A stretch of DNA of 64,000 nt from contig CAWEIJ010000003.1 in assembly GCA_963809215.1 (NCBI GenBank), forward strand, positions 226,892 to 290,891, in the 5' to 3' direction. The notes under the pieces are model-generated. The model saw nothing but the letters and a program-made list of their open reading frames with translations, ran no database searches and was not told where the DNA came from. Each line of letters begins with the position of its first letter. Position 1 is the first letter of the stretch. The position numbers were made by a program, and so were the translations under genes. Origin of the DNA: an uncultured Chloroflexia bacterium (GTDB taxonomy: Bacteria; Chloroflexota; Limnocylindria; Limnocylindrales; CSP1-4). Below are positions 18,847 to 27,381 of the stretch, piece after piece.

Positions 18847-20814
18847 CTACCCGCCAAGGCGCGCGGCGCGCTTCTCGAGGTACTCCGGGATCCGGATCAT
18901 CGGCGGGCGCTCGCGGTCGGCGAGCTCGATGACCTCGAGGCCCAGCCGGTCCGCCCCGGAGCGCGGCAGCTTCATCGTCGAGCCCATCTCCGCGAAGAGC
19001 CGGGAACGCCCACGCTCCTCGAGCCGCTTCATCACCGCCTGGATGATCACGAAGCTCATCCGCGAGAGTCCCTCGAGCTCCTGGTTGCGGTGGAGGCGGC
19101 GCTCCAGGTCCACCTGGCCCAGCGCCGCGAGGCCGCTGCGCTCCGCGACATCGATCAGGTGCCCGATCTCCACGGCGTAGCCGGTGAAGAACGGGATCGA
19201 CTCGAGCAGGCTGCGGCGCCCCGCATACTCGCCGGCGAGCGGCTGGATGAAGCCCGACAGGTCCGGGTAGAACAGGTTGATCAGCGGGCGCGCGACAAGC
19301 TCCGTGACGCGACCCCCGCCGCCTTCACGAAGCACTCCGCCCTCCACGATCGGGCGTTGGTAGTAGCCCTTCACGTACTGGATGCGCGGCTCGACGAGGA
19401 GTGGCCCGAGCGTCCCGTACGCCATGCGCGGGTGCCAGTTACGGACATCGGTGTCGCACCAGACGACGATGTCGCCCGATGACTCGAAGAGGCTCTTCCA
19501 GAGGGCCTCGCCCTTCCCGCGGTACGAGCCGTAGCGTTCCAGCACGTCCGGGTGCTGCACAACCCGCGCCCCCTCGCGGGCGGCGATCTCGCGCGTCCCA
19601 TCGTCCGAGGCGGAGTCGATCACGAGCAGCTCGTCCACGAGCGGCACGGCTTCCATCAGCATCATCCGCGCGCGGCGCACGATCGGACCGACAGTGGCCG
19701 CCTCGTTGAGTGTCGGTAAGACCAGACTAACCGTAACGCCCTGCTTCTCCTTGAGCGCGACGAGGCGTCGCAGGTCGCGGAACTCGGCGTGGTGGAAGTT
19801 CGACTCGGCGAACCAGCGCTCGACTCGCGCGGGGACCGCGCGGGATTGCTCGGCTGCCCGCTCCGCGGCAGCGAGCGACTCAGCCCGGCCGGCCAGCTCC
19901 TCGAACGTGGCGGAGTCGATCCGCTCGCCGGTCTTCACCACGATGACGGGGGGCCTGGCGCGGGCGGCGATCGTCTCCGGCAGGATCCCGAACAGGAAGC
20001 TGCCGACCGCCGAGCCCTCCGGCGCGGCGGACGCTCCCATGATCACGAGATCCGACTTGTCCGCCTCGCGGAGGATCGCGTTCCGGACGTTGGGCGCCTC
20101 GCGGAGGATGCCGTCGGCGTGACCGCGCGCGTGCTGCTTGAGGAAGAGGGCCAGGGCGTGCTCGGCCTGGCTCCGAACGTCGGGTGTCAGGCCCGCCGGG
20201 ACGACGTGGAGCACGGTGATGTGGGCGCCGTGGCGACGAGCGAGCGCGTCGGCGAAGCCCAGCGCGAGCTCGGCGTGTGGGCCGCCACGGACCGGGACGA
20301 GGATCCGTTTGATTTCGGCGATCGGTCGCTGCTTGACGACGGCGATGTCACACGGCGATTCCCGGACCACCGCATCGATCGTTGGGCTGAAGACGGAGGA
20401 CGATTGTGCCGGTGCGTCGCCGTCGCCCGTCAGCGATCGTGGGGCGGAGCGTCCGCCCCCGGCACGGCCGCCCGGTCGCCCGCCCCAGCCGAAGATGACG
20501 AGATCCGCCTCGAGCTCGATGGCGGCCTCCACGATCCCCTGCGCCGCGTGGCGCCCGATCCGGACCACGGGCCGGACCTGGGTTCCCTCCGGCGCGTAGT
20601 CGAGCACCTTCTGGAGAAGCCGGCGCGCCTGGCGCGCCTTCGTGGCGCCCTCGGAGAGCGGCATGTCCTCGGGGACCTCCACGATGCCCAGCGCGGTCAG
20701 CTCCCCGGCCCGCGGGTCGAGCAGTGCGGCGCCGATCCGGATCAGCTCCTCCGCGGTGGCCGGGTTGGCGACCGGGATCAGGATCCGGCCGGGGAGCGGC
20801 GGCCTCGGGGTCAC
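18847..20814 (-). CDS. gpgS: tandem universal-stress-protein domains fused to glucosyl-3-phosphoglycerate synthase (GT81)
   Basis: Track ORF, 655 aa. Residues ~1-330 are two USP-like domains (ILIPVANP...DLVIFGWG; ILVPVRGGPHAE...DLVIMGAS...PPVIVVK). Residues ~335-655 carry VSLVLPTLNEAATV, DSASDDGT, YRGKGEALWKSL, WCDTDV, GGGRVTELVARPL, QPLAGEYA, GYAVEIGHLID and HRNQ. Confidence 0.85.
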   Translation of the reverse strand: MTPRPPLPGRILIPVANPATAEELIRIGAALLDPRAGELTALGIVEVPEDMPLSEGATKARQARRLLQKVLDYAPEGTQVRPVVRIGRHAAQGIVEAAIELEADLVIFGWGGRPGGRAGGGRSAPRSLTGDGDAPAQSSSVFSPTIDAVVRESPCDIAVVKQRPIAEIKRILVPVRGGPHAELALGFADALARRHGAHITVLHVVPAGLTPDVRSQAEHALALFLKQHARGHADGILREAPNVRNAILREADKSDLVIMGASAAPEGSAVGSFLFGILPETIAARARPPVIVVKTGERIDSATFEELAGRAESLAAAERAAEQSRAVPARVERWFAESNFHHAEFRDLRRLVALKEKQGVTVSLVLPTLNEAATVGPIVRRARMMLMEAVPLVDELLVIDSASDDGTREIAAREGARVVQHPDVLERYGSYRGKGEALWKSLFESSGDIVVWCDTDVRNWHPRMAYGTLGPLLVEPRIQYVKGYYQRPIVEGGVLREGGGGRVTELVARPLINLFYPDLSGFIQPLAGEYAGRRSLLESIPFFTGYAVEIGHLIDVAERSGLAALGQVDLERRLHRNQELEGLSRMSFVIIQAVMKRLEERGRSRLFAEMGSTMKLPRSGADRLGLEVIELADRERPPMIRIPEYLEKRAARLGG

Positions 20815-22269
20815 CCGGCGACCTTGCCCGCGACGCCGCCCGCAGCGTCGGCGGCCGGGTTCGCCGTCACGACCGTCTGCCCCGCCACGCGGGCTCCCTC
20901 TGCCGCGTTCCAGCGCTCGACGAGATAGGGCTTATGCAGCTCGAAGACCCGGGCCTGGCGCTCCACGCGCTCCTCCGCGTCGTCCTGCCCCAGGTGGCGC
21001 GCCTCCACGACGAGGCTCCCGACCCGCCCGAAGTAGAGCGGCACGAGCGCCGCGACGAGCGTCTCGAGCGGCACCACCTTCGCGTGAGCGGCAACGACAA
21101 GGTCGTAGACGATGCCCGCCCACAGCTCGTCGGGGAAGCAGTACGGCGCCACCGCCTCGGACATCTCGTCGGTCGAGACCTCCCGGTCAGGACCGCTCTC
21201 GCCGCCCAGGCCGAGGCGTCTCGCGGCCGCCTCCGCGAGCTCTCCCGCCACCTCCGAGATCTCGATGGCCGCGGTCGCGTGGTTGGGCGCGAGCATCGCC
21301 CGCCAGGTCGGGGCGAGCGTCAGGCGCCCGGCGTCGAACTCCGAGAGCAGCCGCAGCGTGTTGACGTGGAGCGGCGTCGGCTCGACGAGTCGCTCGAAGC
21401 CGTAGGCGGGAATCTCGTGGCTGGCGTGGACGTCGAGCCAGGCTTCGGGATGGCGTCCGGCCATGGCGAGGATCGTCCCGACGACCTGGCGGAACATCGG
21501 CCCGAGATCCCCCGACGGGTCCTTCGGGTCGTGGATCTTCGCGCCCAGGCGAGCCTCGCAGACGGCGAAGCCGCCGGTGAGCGCGTGGGTCGTCATCCAG
21601 ATGTCGATCCCGAACCGGCTGACCTCGGGCGTCCAGTCGTCCTGCGCGAGGTAGTGGCGGACGAGGTCGCCGGAGACGCCGAAGTCGCCCCCGATCGGTT
21701 GGCGGATCCGCCGGCCGTAGAGCGCCCGCGTGAGCGGGTAGGTGACGGTATTCGTGATCGTGCCGTCGTACTTGTGGCGGGCGTAGAGCGGCGTGACGAA
21801 GTCGAAGCCGCCCTTGAGGATCGGGCCCGGAGAGGAGCTCGACCCACTCCGGCCCGATCGAGCGGAGGTCCGAGTCGACCACGACGAGGGCGCGGACCTC
21901 GAGCGCGGCCGCGATCTCGAAGATCGTGTGCAGCGCCGCTCCCTTGCCGCCGATCCCGTTCACCTCCGGATACGTCAGGGTCAGGCGCTCCAGGCGGTTC
22001 GTGGGCCGCACGAGCAGGATCCGCTCGACGTAGTCGGGCGGCTCCGTCTCGGCGACGACGCGCTGCGTCCCATCGGGTGAACCGGCGTCCGCATTCACGA
22101 GCAGCGGCCGCAGGTCGGGGAAGTACTGGACCAGGCCGGCCTGCGCAGCGCGCACGACGTGGCCGATGGTCGCCGCGTTCTTGTAGCTGGGGATGCCGAC
22201 CATGATGTCGGCGTGTCCCAGGCGCTGCAGCTCGGCCGTGATGGCCGGGGTCAGGAGCGAAGCGGGCAC
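20811..22269 (-). CDS. GT-A fold glycosyltransferase (family not resolved), interrupted by one +1 insertion
   Basis: Track ORF 21187-22269 (IMVGIPSYKNAATIGHVV..., NADAGSPDGT, VVVDSDLRSIGPEW) continues after a 1-nt shift near 21820-21825. The downstream part reads ILKGGFDFVTPLYARHKYDGTITN...RQPIGGDFGVS...GIDIWMTTHAL and joins track ORF 20811-21596. GTGA overlap with gpgS. Confidence 0.75.
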
Positions 22270-22275
22270 GGACGC

Positions 22276-22281
22276 ACCGTA
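22276..22281 (-). promoter_or_regulatory. leaderless-type -10 (TACGGT-N6-GTG 22269)
   Basis: TANNNT hexamer 6 nt upstream of the first gene of the GT/gpgS/glxK operon. Confidence 0.5.
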
Positions 22282-22390
22282 CCACGATGGGCGATCCCGC
22301 CAGCGCCGGCCCGGACGGGCGCGGCGGTCTCGGTCGCTTCGGCGTTCGACGCCGGCGCCAGGCCGCGGCCGCGCTCGGCCGTCATGCGCG

Positions 22391-23107
22391 TCAGTGGCGC
22401 GGCATCGCCGTCATGCACCAGTCGTCGTTGGCGCCCCCCGGGACGTAGCGGCTGTTCGCGGCCTTGTAGGCGAGGCCCCCGAACCCGAACGAACGCCAGG
22501 TGATGATGAAGGTGCCCGCCGGCTGCCGGACGTACGGAGTCCGTCGTACGAGGTCGCCCTCCGCGAGCACGCTCTCCAGGAGCCGCTTGCGTTCCAGGAG
22601 CGGGATCTCGATCAGGGGCTCGCCGTCGAGCGCCACCAGGTCCACGGCGACGAAGGCGATCGGCGCGTCCTCGAGGCTCTCCCGCTCGCGCTCGATCCGG
22701 CCGAGGTCGGTCCTGCCGGGACGGCCGCGCCCGCCCAGGAGCTCGGAGCCCTGTCGTCCGAGGAAGAACTGGCTCGTGTGCTCGCTGAACGACGGGATCT
22801 CGCTGGTGACGATCGCGCGACCCTCGCTGGCGCGCGTCGCCTGGTCCGTGAGGTAGCCGTCCACGATGGCGCTGTCGGCCCCGAGCGCGGCGAGCAGGGC
22901 GTCCGCGATCGAGGCGTGATCCGCCGTCAGGTCCTCGCCGCTCGCGTCGTGGATGGCCGCGCGCGCCGCGGCGATGTCGAGATGGGCGAGCACGCGGACG
23001 CCGTCCCAGGCCGGCTCGATCACGGGGTCCGAAACGTCCTTGACGCGGCGATGCCCGAAGGCCTGCGGTCGCCAGGCGCGCCGATCAGCGTCCACGGTCG
23101 CGATCAT
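22391..23107 (-). CDS. ATP-dependent DNA ligase-like nucleotidyltransferase-domain protein lacking catalytic residues
   Basis: Met26 of track ORF 22391-23182. Ligase-like motif order, but motif I reads EPAWDGVR (no Lys), motif III AIVDGYL (no Glu), motif IV-like GGLAYKAANSRY, and the motif V region DDWCMTAMP. Confidence 0.65.
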   Translation of the reverse strand: MIATVDADRRAWRPQAFGHRRVKDVSDPVIEPAWDGVRVLAHLDIAAARAAIHDASGEDLTADHASIADALLAALGADSAIVDGYLTDQATRASEGRAIVTSEIPSFSEHTSQFFLGRQGSELLGGRGRPGRTDLGRIERERESLEDAPIAFVAVDLVALDGEPLIEIPLLERKRLLESVLAEGDLVRRTPYVRQPAGTFIITWRSFGFGGLAYKAANSRYVPGGANDDWCMTAMPRH

Positions 23108-23186
23108 ACGCGCCGGACCCGCAGGTCCGGTCGACGAATGCCAGGCCCGAAGGCTGGCCGCGTCGCTGGCCCGCCCGGGCACACGA

Positions 23187-23214
23187 ACGCCCCGGCGGAG
23201 GAGGACCGGGGCGT
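23187..23214 (-). terminator. stem-loop downstream of the small Cys-rich gene
   Basis: ACGCCCCGG-CGGAGGAGGA-CCGGGGCGT is a perfect 9-bp stem with a 10-nt loop, about 60 nt after stop 23276. No clear U-tract. Confidence 0.4.
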
Positions 23215-23275
23215 CGCGTTTGCTGAACGGAGCGTGCGCGATGACGCGCTGTGCCGGAGATCGTCCGGCCAGGGC

Positions 23276-23527
23276 TCAGGCGAGGCGGTGGGCCATCTCC
23301 ACGCAGGCGACGGTACAGCCGCGCGCGTCGCGGCCAGCGTGGCCGGCGAAATGCCACCAGGTGCGAGCACCGCCGAAGCTGCTGTCGTCGACGGCGTCAC
23401 GCGTCGTCAGGCGGCAGCCGCACGCCTCGCAGACGATCGTGCCGCTCTCGAGGCGGCTTGCAACGGCCGCCTGCCGCGGGATACGGAAGGGGGAGGCGAT
23501 GGAGGACTGCAGGTCGAGTGCGCTCAT
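23276..23527 (-). CDS. small Cys/His-rich hypothetical protein (83 aa)
   Basis: Track ORF. GAGGA lies 8 nt upstream of the ATG. High third-position GC. CEACGC...H..GH...C..AC suggests metal binding. A hairpin follows downstream. Confidence 0.55.
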   Translation of the reverse strand: MSALDLQSSIASPFRIPRQAAVASRLESGTIVCEACGCRLTTRDAVDDSSFGGARTWWHFAGHAGRDARGCTVACVEMAHRLA

Positions 23528-23663
23528 CGGTCGTCCTCAGCTGGGCGATGGCCCGCGGACAGCGGCACGGCCACGCGGCCTGCCGCCGGGGACAGCGTCC
23601 CGGGAGGATGAACGTACCTTCGGGTGGGCGATCCGGTCAGTAGCGCCGAAGGCCCGCTTCCGT

Positions 23664-23699
23664 TTCGATTCGGTTGCGGGGATTCGATTCGGTTGCGGG
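23664..23699. repeat. 19-bp direct repeat x2 (TTCGATTCGGTTGCGGG)
   Basis: Copies at 23664-23680 and 23683-23699. Downstream of the galE stop and 137-172 nt upstream of the small Cys-rich gene. Confidence 0.75.
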
Positions 23700-23761
23700 A
23701 CGCGGTGCTCTCCCGCCGCAGCGCGCGGATTCGCCGGCGCCCCGTCCGGGCCGGTCCCGGG

Positions 23762-24790
23762 TCAGGCGCGGTAGCCGTCGGGATGGGCGGCCCTCCACGC
23801 CCACGCCGAGCGGACGATCTCGACGATGTCGCGGTGCTGCGCCTGCCAGCCGAGGGTCACGTCCGCCCGGCCGGCATCCGCGACGAGCACCGGCGGATCA
23901 CCGGCGCGACGCTCGCCGATCGCGTGCGGGATCGGACGACCGACGACGGCCTCGGCCGCGGCGAGCACCTCGCGGACGCTGAAGCCGCCCCCGTTGCCGA
24001 GGTTGATCGCGAGCGCCGCCGCGCCAGGGCGGTCTCCGGCGGGGCCATCGCTCACGGCCGTCCGCGGATCGTCGGGGGCGGTGGCCTCGAGCGCGAGCAC
24101 GTGGGCGCGTGCCAGGTCCTCCACGTGGAGGTAGTCGCGGATGCACGTCCCGTCCGGCGTCGGATAGTCGATGCCGAAGACGGTGAGCGAGGCGCGCCCC
24201 TCCGCCGCAGCCAGGACGTTCGGGATGAGGTGGGTCTCCGGGACGTGGACCTCGCCGTTCCGCCCGGATGCCCCGGCGACGTTGAAGTAGCGAAGGCTGA
24301 CGCTCCGCAGCCCGTACGCCGCCGCGTACCAGCGCAGGGCTCCTTCGAAGGTTCGCTTCGTCTCGCCGTACGGGTTGATCGGGACGAGCGCCGCGTCCTC
24401 GCGGATCGGGATGCGCGCCGGCGTCCCGTAGACCGCGGCCGTCGAGCTGAAGACGAGGCGGCGGACGCCCGCGGCCCGGAGCGCCTCGAGGAAGGCGACC
24501 CCGCCGGCGACGTTCTCGCGGTAGTAGAGGGCCGGGTCCGCGACGGACTCGCCGACGAGCGAACGCGCCGCGCAATGGAGGACGGCGTCGACCGGCGAGC
24601 CCGCTAGCAGCGGCGCGACCACCGTCGCGTCGCCGTAGCTGCCCTGGACCAGCCGCACGCCCGCCGGGAGCGCGTCCCGATGGCCCTTCGAGAGGTCGTC
24701 GAGGACGACCACGTCGTGGCCCGCCGCGACGAGCGCCTCGACGGAGACCGAGCCGACGTAGCCGGCGCCGCCGGTGACGAGCACGCGCAT
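23762..24790 (-). CDS. galE: UDP-glucose 4-epimerase
   Basis: Met65 of track ORF 23762-24982. MRVLVTGGAGYVGS, SSTAAVYG, YGETK, RYFNVAG. Confidence 0.9.
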   Translation of the reverse strand: MRVLVTGGAGYVGSVSVEALVAAGHDVVVLDDLSKGHRDALPAGVRLVQGSYGDATVVAPLLAGSPVDAVLHCAARSLVGESVADPALYYRENVAGGVAFLEALRAAGVRRLVFSSTAAVYGTPARIPIREDAALVPINPYGETKRTFEGALRWYAAAYGLRSVSLRYFNVAGASGRNGEVHVPETHLIPNVLAAAEGRASLTVFGIDYPTPDGTCIRDYLHVEDLARAHVLALEATAPDDPRTAVSDGPAGDRPGAAALAINLGNGGGFSVREVLAAAEAVVGRPIPHAIGERRAGDPPVLVADAGRADVTLGWQAQHRDIVEIVRSAWAWRAAHPDGYRA

Positions 24791-24791
24791 C

Positions 24792-25145
24792 TCAGGATCT
24801 CCCGGTGAGCCGGCGCAGGAGGCCGCGCCGTTTCGGCGTCGTGGCGGTGCCGGCGGGCGGGAACGCCTCATCCGGCGGGATCTCGTCTCCGCGCTCGCGC
24901 ATGACCTCCTCGAGGCGATCGACCATCCGGCCCGCCTGCCCGTTCTCCGGGTCGAGCGCCCGGGCCCGCCGGGCAAATCCAAGGGAGGCGCGATCGTCGC
25001 CGCGCTCGAGGGCCACGCGCGCGAGCCCCACGAGCGCGATCGCGTTCGCCGGGTCGTGGGCCAGGGTCTGGGCGTAGATCTGCTCGGCCTGGTCGAGGAG
25101 CCCGAGCGCGAGCGCGTTCTCGGCCCGCAGGAGCTGCTCGATCAC
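24792..25145 (-). CDS. small TPR-repeat protein
   Basis: GTG 25145 overlaps the cca stop (GTGA). IEQLLRAENALALGLLDQAEQIYAQTLAHDPANAIALVGLARVALERGDDRASLGFARRARALDPEN gives about 2 TPR units. The stop lies 1 nt before the galE ATG. Confidence 0.6.
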   Translation of the reverse strand: MIEQLLRAENALALGLLDQAEQIYAQTLAHDPANAIALVGLARVALERGDDRASLGFARRARALDPENGQAGRMVDRLEEVMRERGDEIPPDEAFPPAGTATTPKRRGLLRRLTGRS

Positions 25146-26620
25146 GCCGGCCCCACGTCGCTCGTCGGGTCGGCGTCCCCGGTGCCCGGCGTCGAGATCG
25201 CAGGGGCAACGAGCTCGCGGGCCAGGGTCAGCAGCCGCGAACGGTCGTTGAGCATCGGATCGGCCACGACGATCTCCAGCAGGCGGTCGAGGAGCGCGCC
25301 GATCTCCGGGCCGGCCGGGATCGCGAGCGCCGCCATCAGGTCGTCGCCGCCGACGGCGAGGCCCGACAGGTCCAGGGCGACACGTGCCTCCAGCTGTGCG
25401 TGACAGCGCGCCCGGAGGGACTCGAGGCCGTCCACATCGCGCGCGAGCCCGCTCCCGACGTTGTCGGCGGCCCGGAGGTCGAGCAGGTCGTCGACGGCCG
25501 ACGCACCGCAACGCCGGATGAAGCGACGCACGGCCGCATCCGTCCAGGCCGGCTCGTAGACGAACATGTGGTGGCGGACCAGGTTCACGGTGTCCCCGGT
25601 CAGGAAGCGCGGTGCATGGAGCCCGGTGAGCCACGCCTCGGCCAGCGCCGCGCCCACGCTGTCGTGGCCCACGAAATGGCCGTCCGCGAGGGTCGCCGGC
25701 TTGCCGACGTCGTGGACGAGCGCGGCCAGGCGGAGCAGGGGCGGTTCGCCGGGGCCCGGCGCAGGCGCGGCGTCGACGGTGCGACACGTGTGGTCCCACA
25801 AGTCCTCGCCGGACACCTTCCCCTGCGGGATGCCTCGCTGGCGGGCAAGCTCGGGAGCGATGGCCGCCAGGAGGCCGGTCTCCTCGGCAAGCCGAAGCCC
25901 GACCGAGGGTACAGGTGCCGCCAGCAGCGTGAGCAGCTCCGCGAGGACCCGTTCGCCGGAGAGGGAGCCCGCGAGCGAGGCGTTCTCCCCGATGGCCGCG
26001 AGCGTCCGCACCTCCACCGCGAAGCCGAGCGTCGCAGCGAACCGGACCGCGCGCAGCATCCGCAGGGCATCCTCGCGGAAGCGCGACGCGGGATCGCCGA
26101 CCGCTCGAAGGATCCCCGCGGCGAGGTCGGCCCGGCCGCCGAACGGGTCGCGGATGGCGTCCAGGGCGTCGCCGGCTGCTGCGCCGGCCGCGGCTCCGGC
26201 GTCCGGGCCGACGGCGAGCGCCATCGCGTTCACCGTGAAGTCGCGCCGGGCCAGGTCGTCGTCGAGCCGCTCGCCGAACGCGACGGCATCCGGACGGCGG
26301 TGATCCGTGTACGGGCCGTCGTGGCGGTAGGTCGTGACCTCGTAGGTCTCGCCGCCCTCGTCGATCGCGACCGTCCCGAACCGGTTCTCGTAGCGGGCGC
26401 CCGGGAGGAGGTCGACGATCCGCTCCGGCCGCGCGTCCGTGGCCAGGTCCCAGTCGGCGGGCTCGACGCCGCGCACGAGGTCGCGCACGCAGCCGCCCAC
26501 GAGATACGCCTCGTGACCGGCATCGCGGAGGACGCCCGCGATCACGCGGACGGCCGCCGGGATCGGGTCATCGCGGTCGCGAGTCGGATCGGCGGCTGCC
26601 GCGGGCTCGAGCGGCGTCAA
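25142..26620 (-). CDS. cca: CCA-adding enzyme / poly(A) polymerase-family tRNA nucleotidyltransferase with HD domain
   Basis: YLVGGCVRDLVRG...DWDLAT, RRDFTVNAMA, ALVHDVGKP. Start proposed at TTG 26620, overlapping the HNH stop (TTGA). The upstream part of track ORF 25142-27274 overlaps the HNH gene. Confidence 0.85.
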   Translation of the reverse strand: MTPLEPAAAADPTRDRDDPIPAAVRVIAGVLRDAGHEAYLVGGCVRDLVRGVEPADWDLATDARPERIVDLLPGARYENRFGTVAIDEGGETYEVTTYRHDGPYTDHRRPDAVAFGERLDDDLARRDFTVNAMALAVGPDAGAAAGAAAGDALDAIRDPFGGRADLAAGILRAVGDPASRFREDALRMLRAVRFAATLGFAVEVRTLAAIGENASLAGSLSGERVLAELLTLLAAPVPSVGLRLAEETGLLAAIAPELARQRGIPQGKVSGEDLWDHTCRTVDAAPAPGPGEPPLLRLAALVHDVGKPATLADGHFVGHDSVGAALAEAWLTGLHAPRFLTGDTVNLVRHHMFVYEPAWTDAAVRRFIRRCGASAVDDLLDLRAADNVGSGLARDVDGLESLRARCHAQLEARVALDLSGLAVGGDDLMAALAIPAGPEIGALLDRLLEIVVADPMLNDRSRLLTLARELVAPAISTPGTGDADPTSDVGPA

Positions 26621-27132
26621 TTCTTCCCGAGGAAGAGGTAGTCGCGCCAGGGCTCGTTTCGGACGTCCGCGAGGAAGGGGGTGAAGATCGAGTAGACGTC
26701 GCTGCGTGGCTCGAATGGCTGACGAAGGAGGCGGAAGCGGGCCTCCTCCGGCGTTCGGCCGCCCTTGCGATGGTTGCAGCTCCTGCATGCCGTGGCCAGG
26801 TTCTCCCACGAATGAAGCCCGCCGCGGTGGCGCGGGATCACGTGGTCGAGCGTGAGGTCGGTGCCCTGGTGCCCGCAGTACTGACAGGTGTGATGGTCGC
26901 GCGCGAAGACCTCGCGACGGCTCAGCTTGACGCGCGGGCGGGGCCGGCGAACCTGGTGCTGGAGGCGGATCACCGATGGCGCGCGATACGCGGCGCGAGG
27001 CGTCCGGAACGTCTGGTGGTCGTACTCCACGACCTCCGCCTTGAACCCGAAGACGAGGCGGAATGCCCGGGGCACGTTGCAGACGTTCAGCGGCTCGTAG
27101 TTCTGGTTGAGCACGAGCACCACGCCGTCCAT
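26617..27132 (-). CDS. HNH endonuclease
   Basis: Track ORF. CQYCGH...LTLDHVIPRHRGG...WENLATACRSCNHRKG (HNH with two CxxC pairs). TACGAT lies 8 nt upstream of the ATG. Confidence 0.85.
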   Translation of the reverse strand: MDGVVLVLNQNYEPLNVCNVPRAFRLVFGFKAEVVEYDHQTFRTPRAAYRAPSVIRLQHQVRRPRPRVKLSRREVFARDHHTCQYCGHQGTDLTLDHVIPRHRGGLHSWENLATACRSCNHRKGGRTPEEARFRLLRQPFEPRSDVYSIFTPFLADVRNEPWRDYLFLGKN

Positions 27133-27140
27133 GCGGCCCG

Positions 27141-27146
27141 ATCGTA
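27141..27146 (-). promoter_or_regulatory. leaderless-type -10 (TACGAT-N8-ATG 27132)
   Basis: TANNNT hexamer 8 nt upstream of the HNH gene, the first of the HNH-cca-TPR-galE chain. Confidence 0.5.
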
Positions 27147-27280
27147 GCAGGAGCGCGCGAGGCGCGAGCCAGGCCTGCGGCGCCGCTCAGACCGTCCCGT
27201 TCTCCCGGTCGAAGGGGCGCGCGCCGAGCCCTCGGCGACCACCGATCCGCAGGGGCCCGGTCGGCTCCGGTCACGGGGCT

Positions 27281-27365
27281 GGTCGCCCGATTCCGGCCAG
27301 GTACCGGTCGCCGGGCCTGGTCAGGCGGCCGATCGCCCCATTCCGGTCAGGCGGCCGATCGCCGG
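27281..27365. repeat. imperfect direct repeats, intergenic (VKOR stop / HNH promoter side)
   Basis: GGTCAGGCGGCCGATCGCC at 27319-27337 and 27345-27363. CGCCCGATTCCGGCCAGG near 27285 matches CGCCCCATTCCGGTCAGG near 27334. Confidence 0.65.
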
Positions 27366-27381
27366 ACCCGGGTCGCGCACG

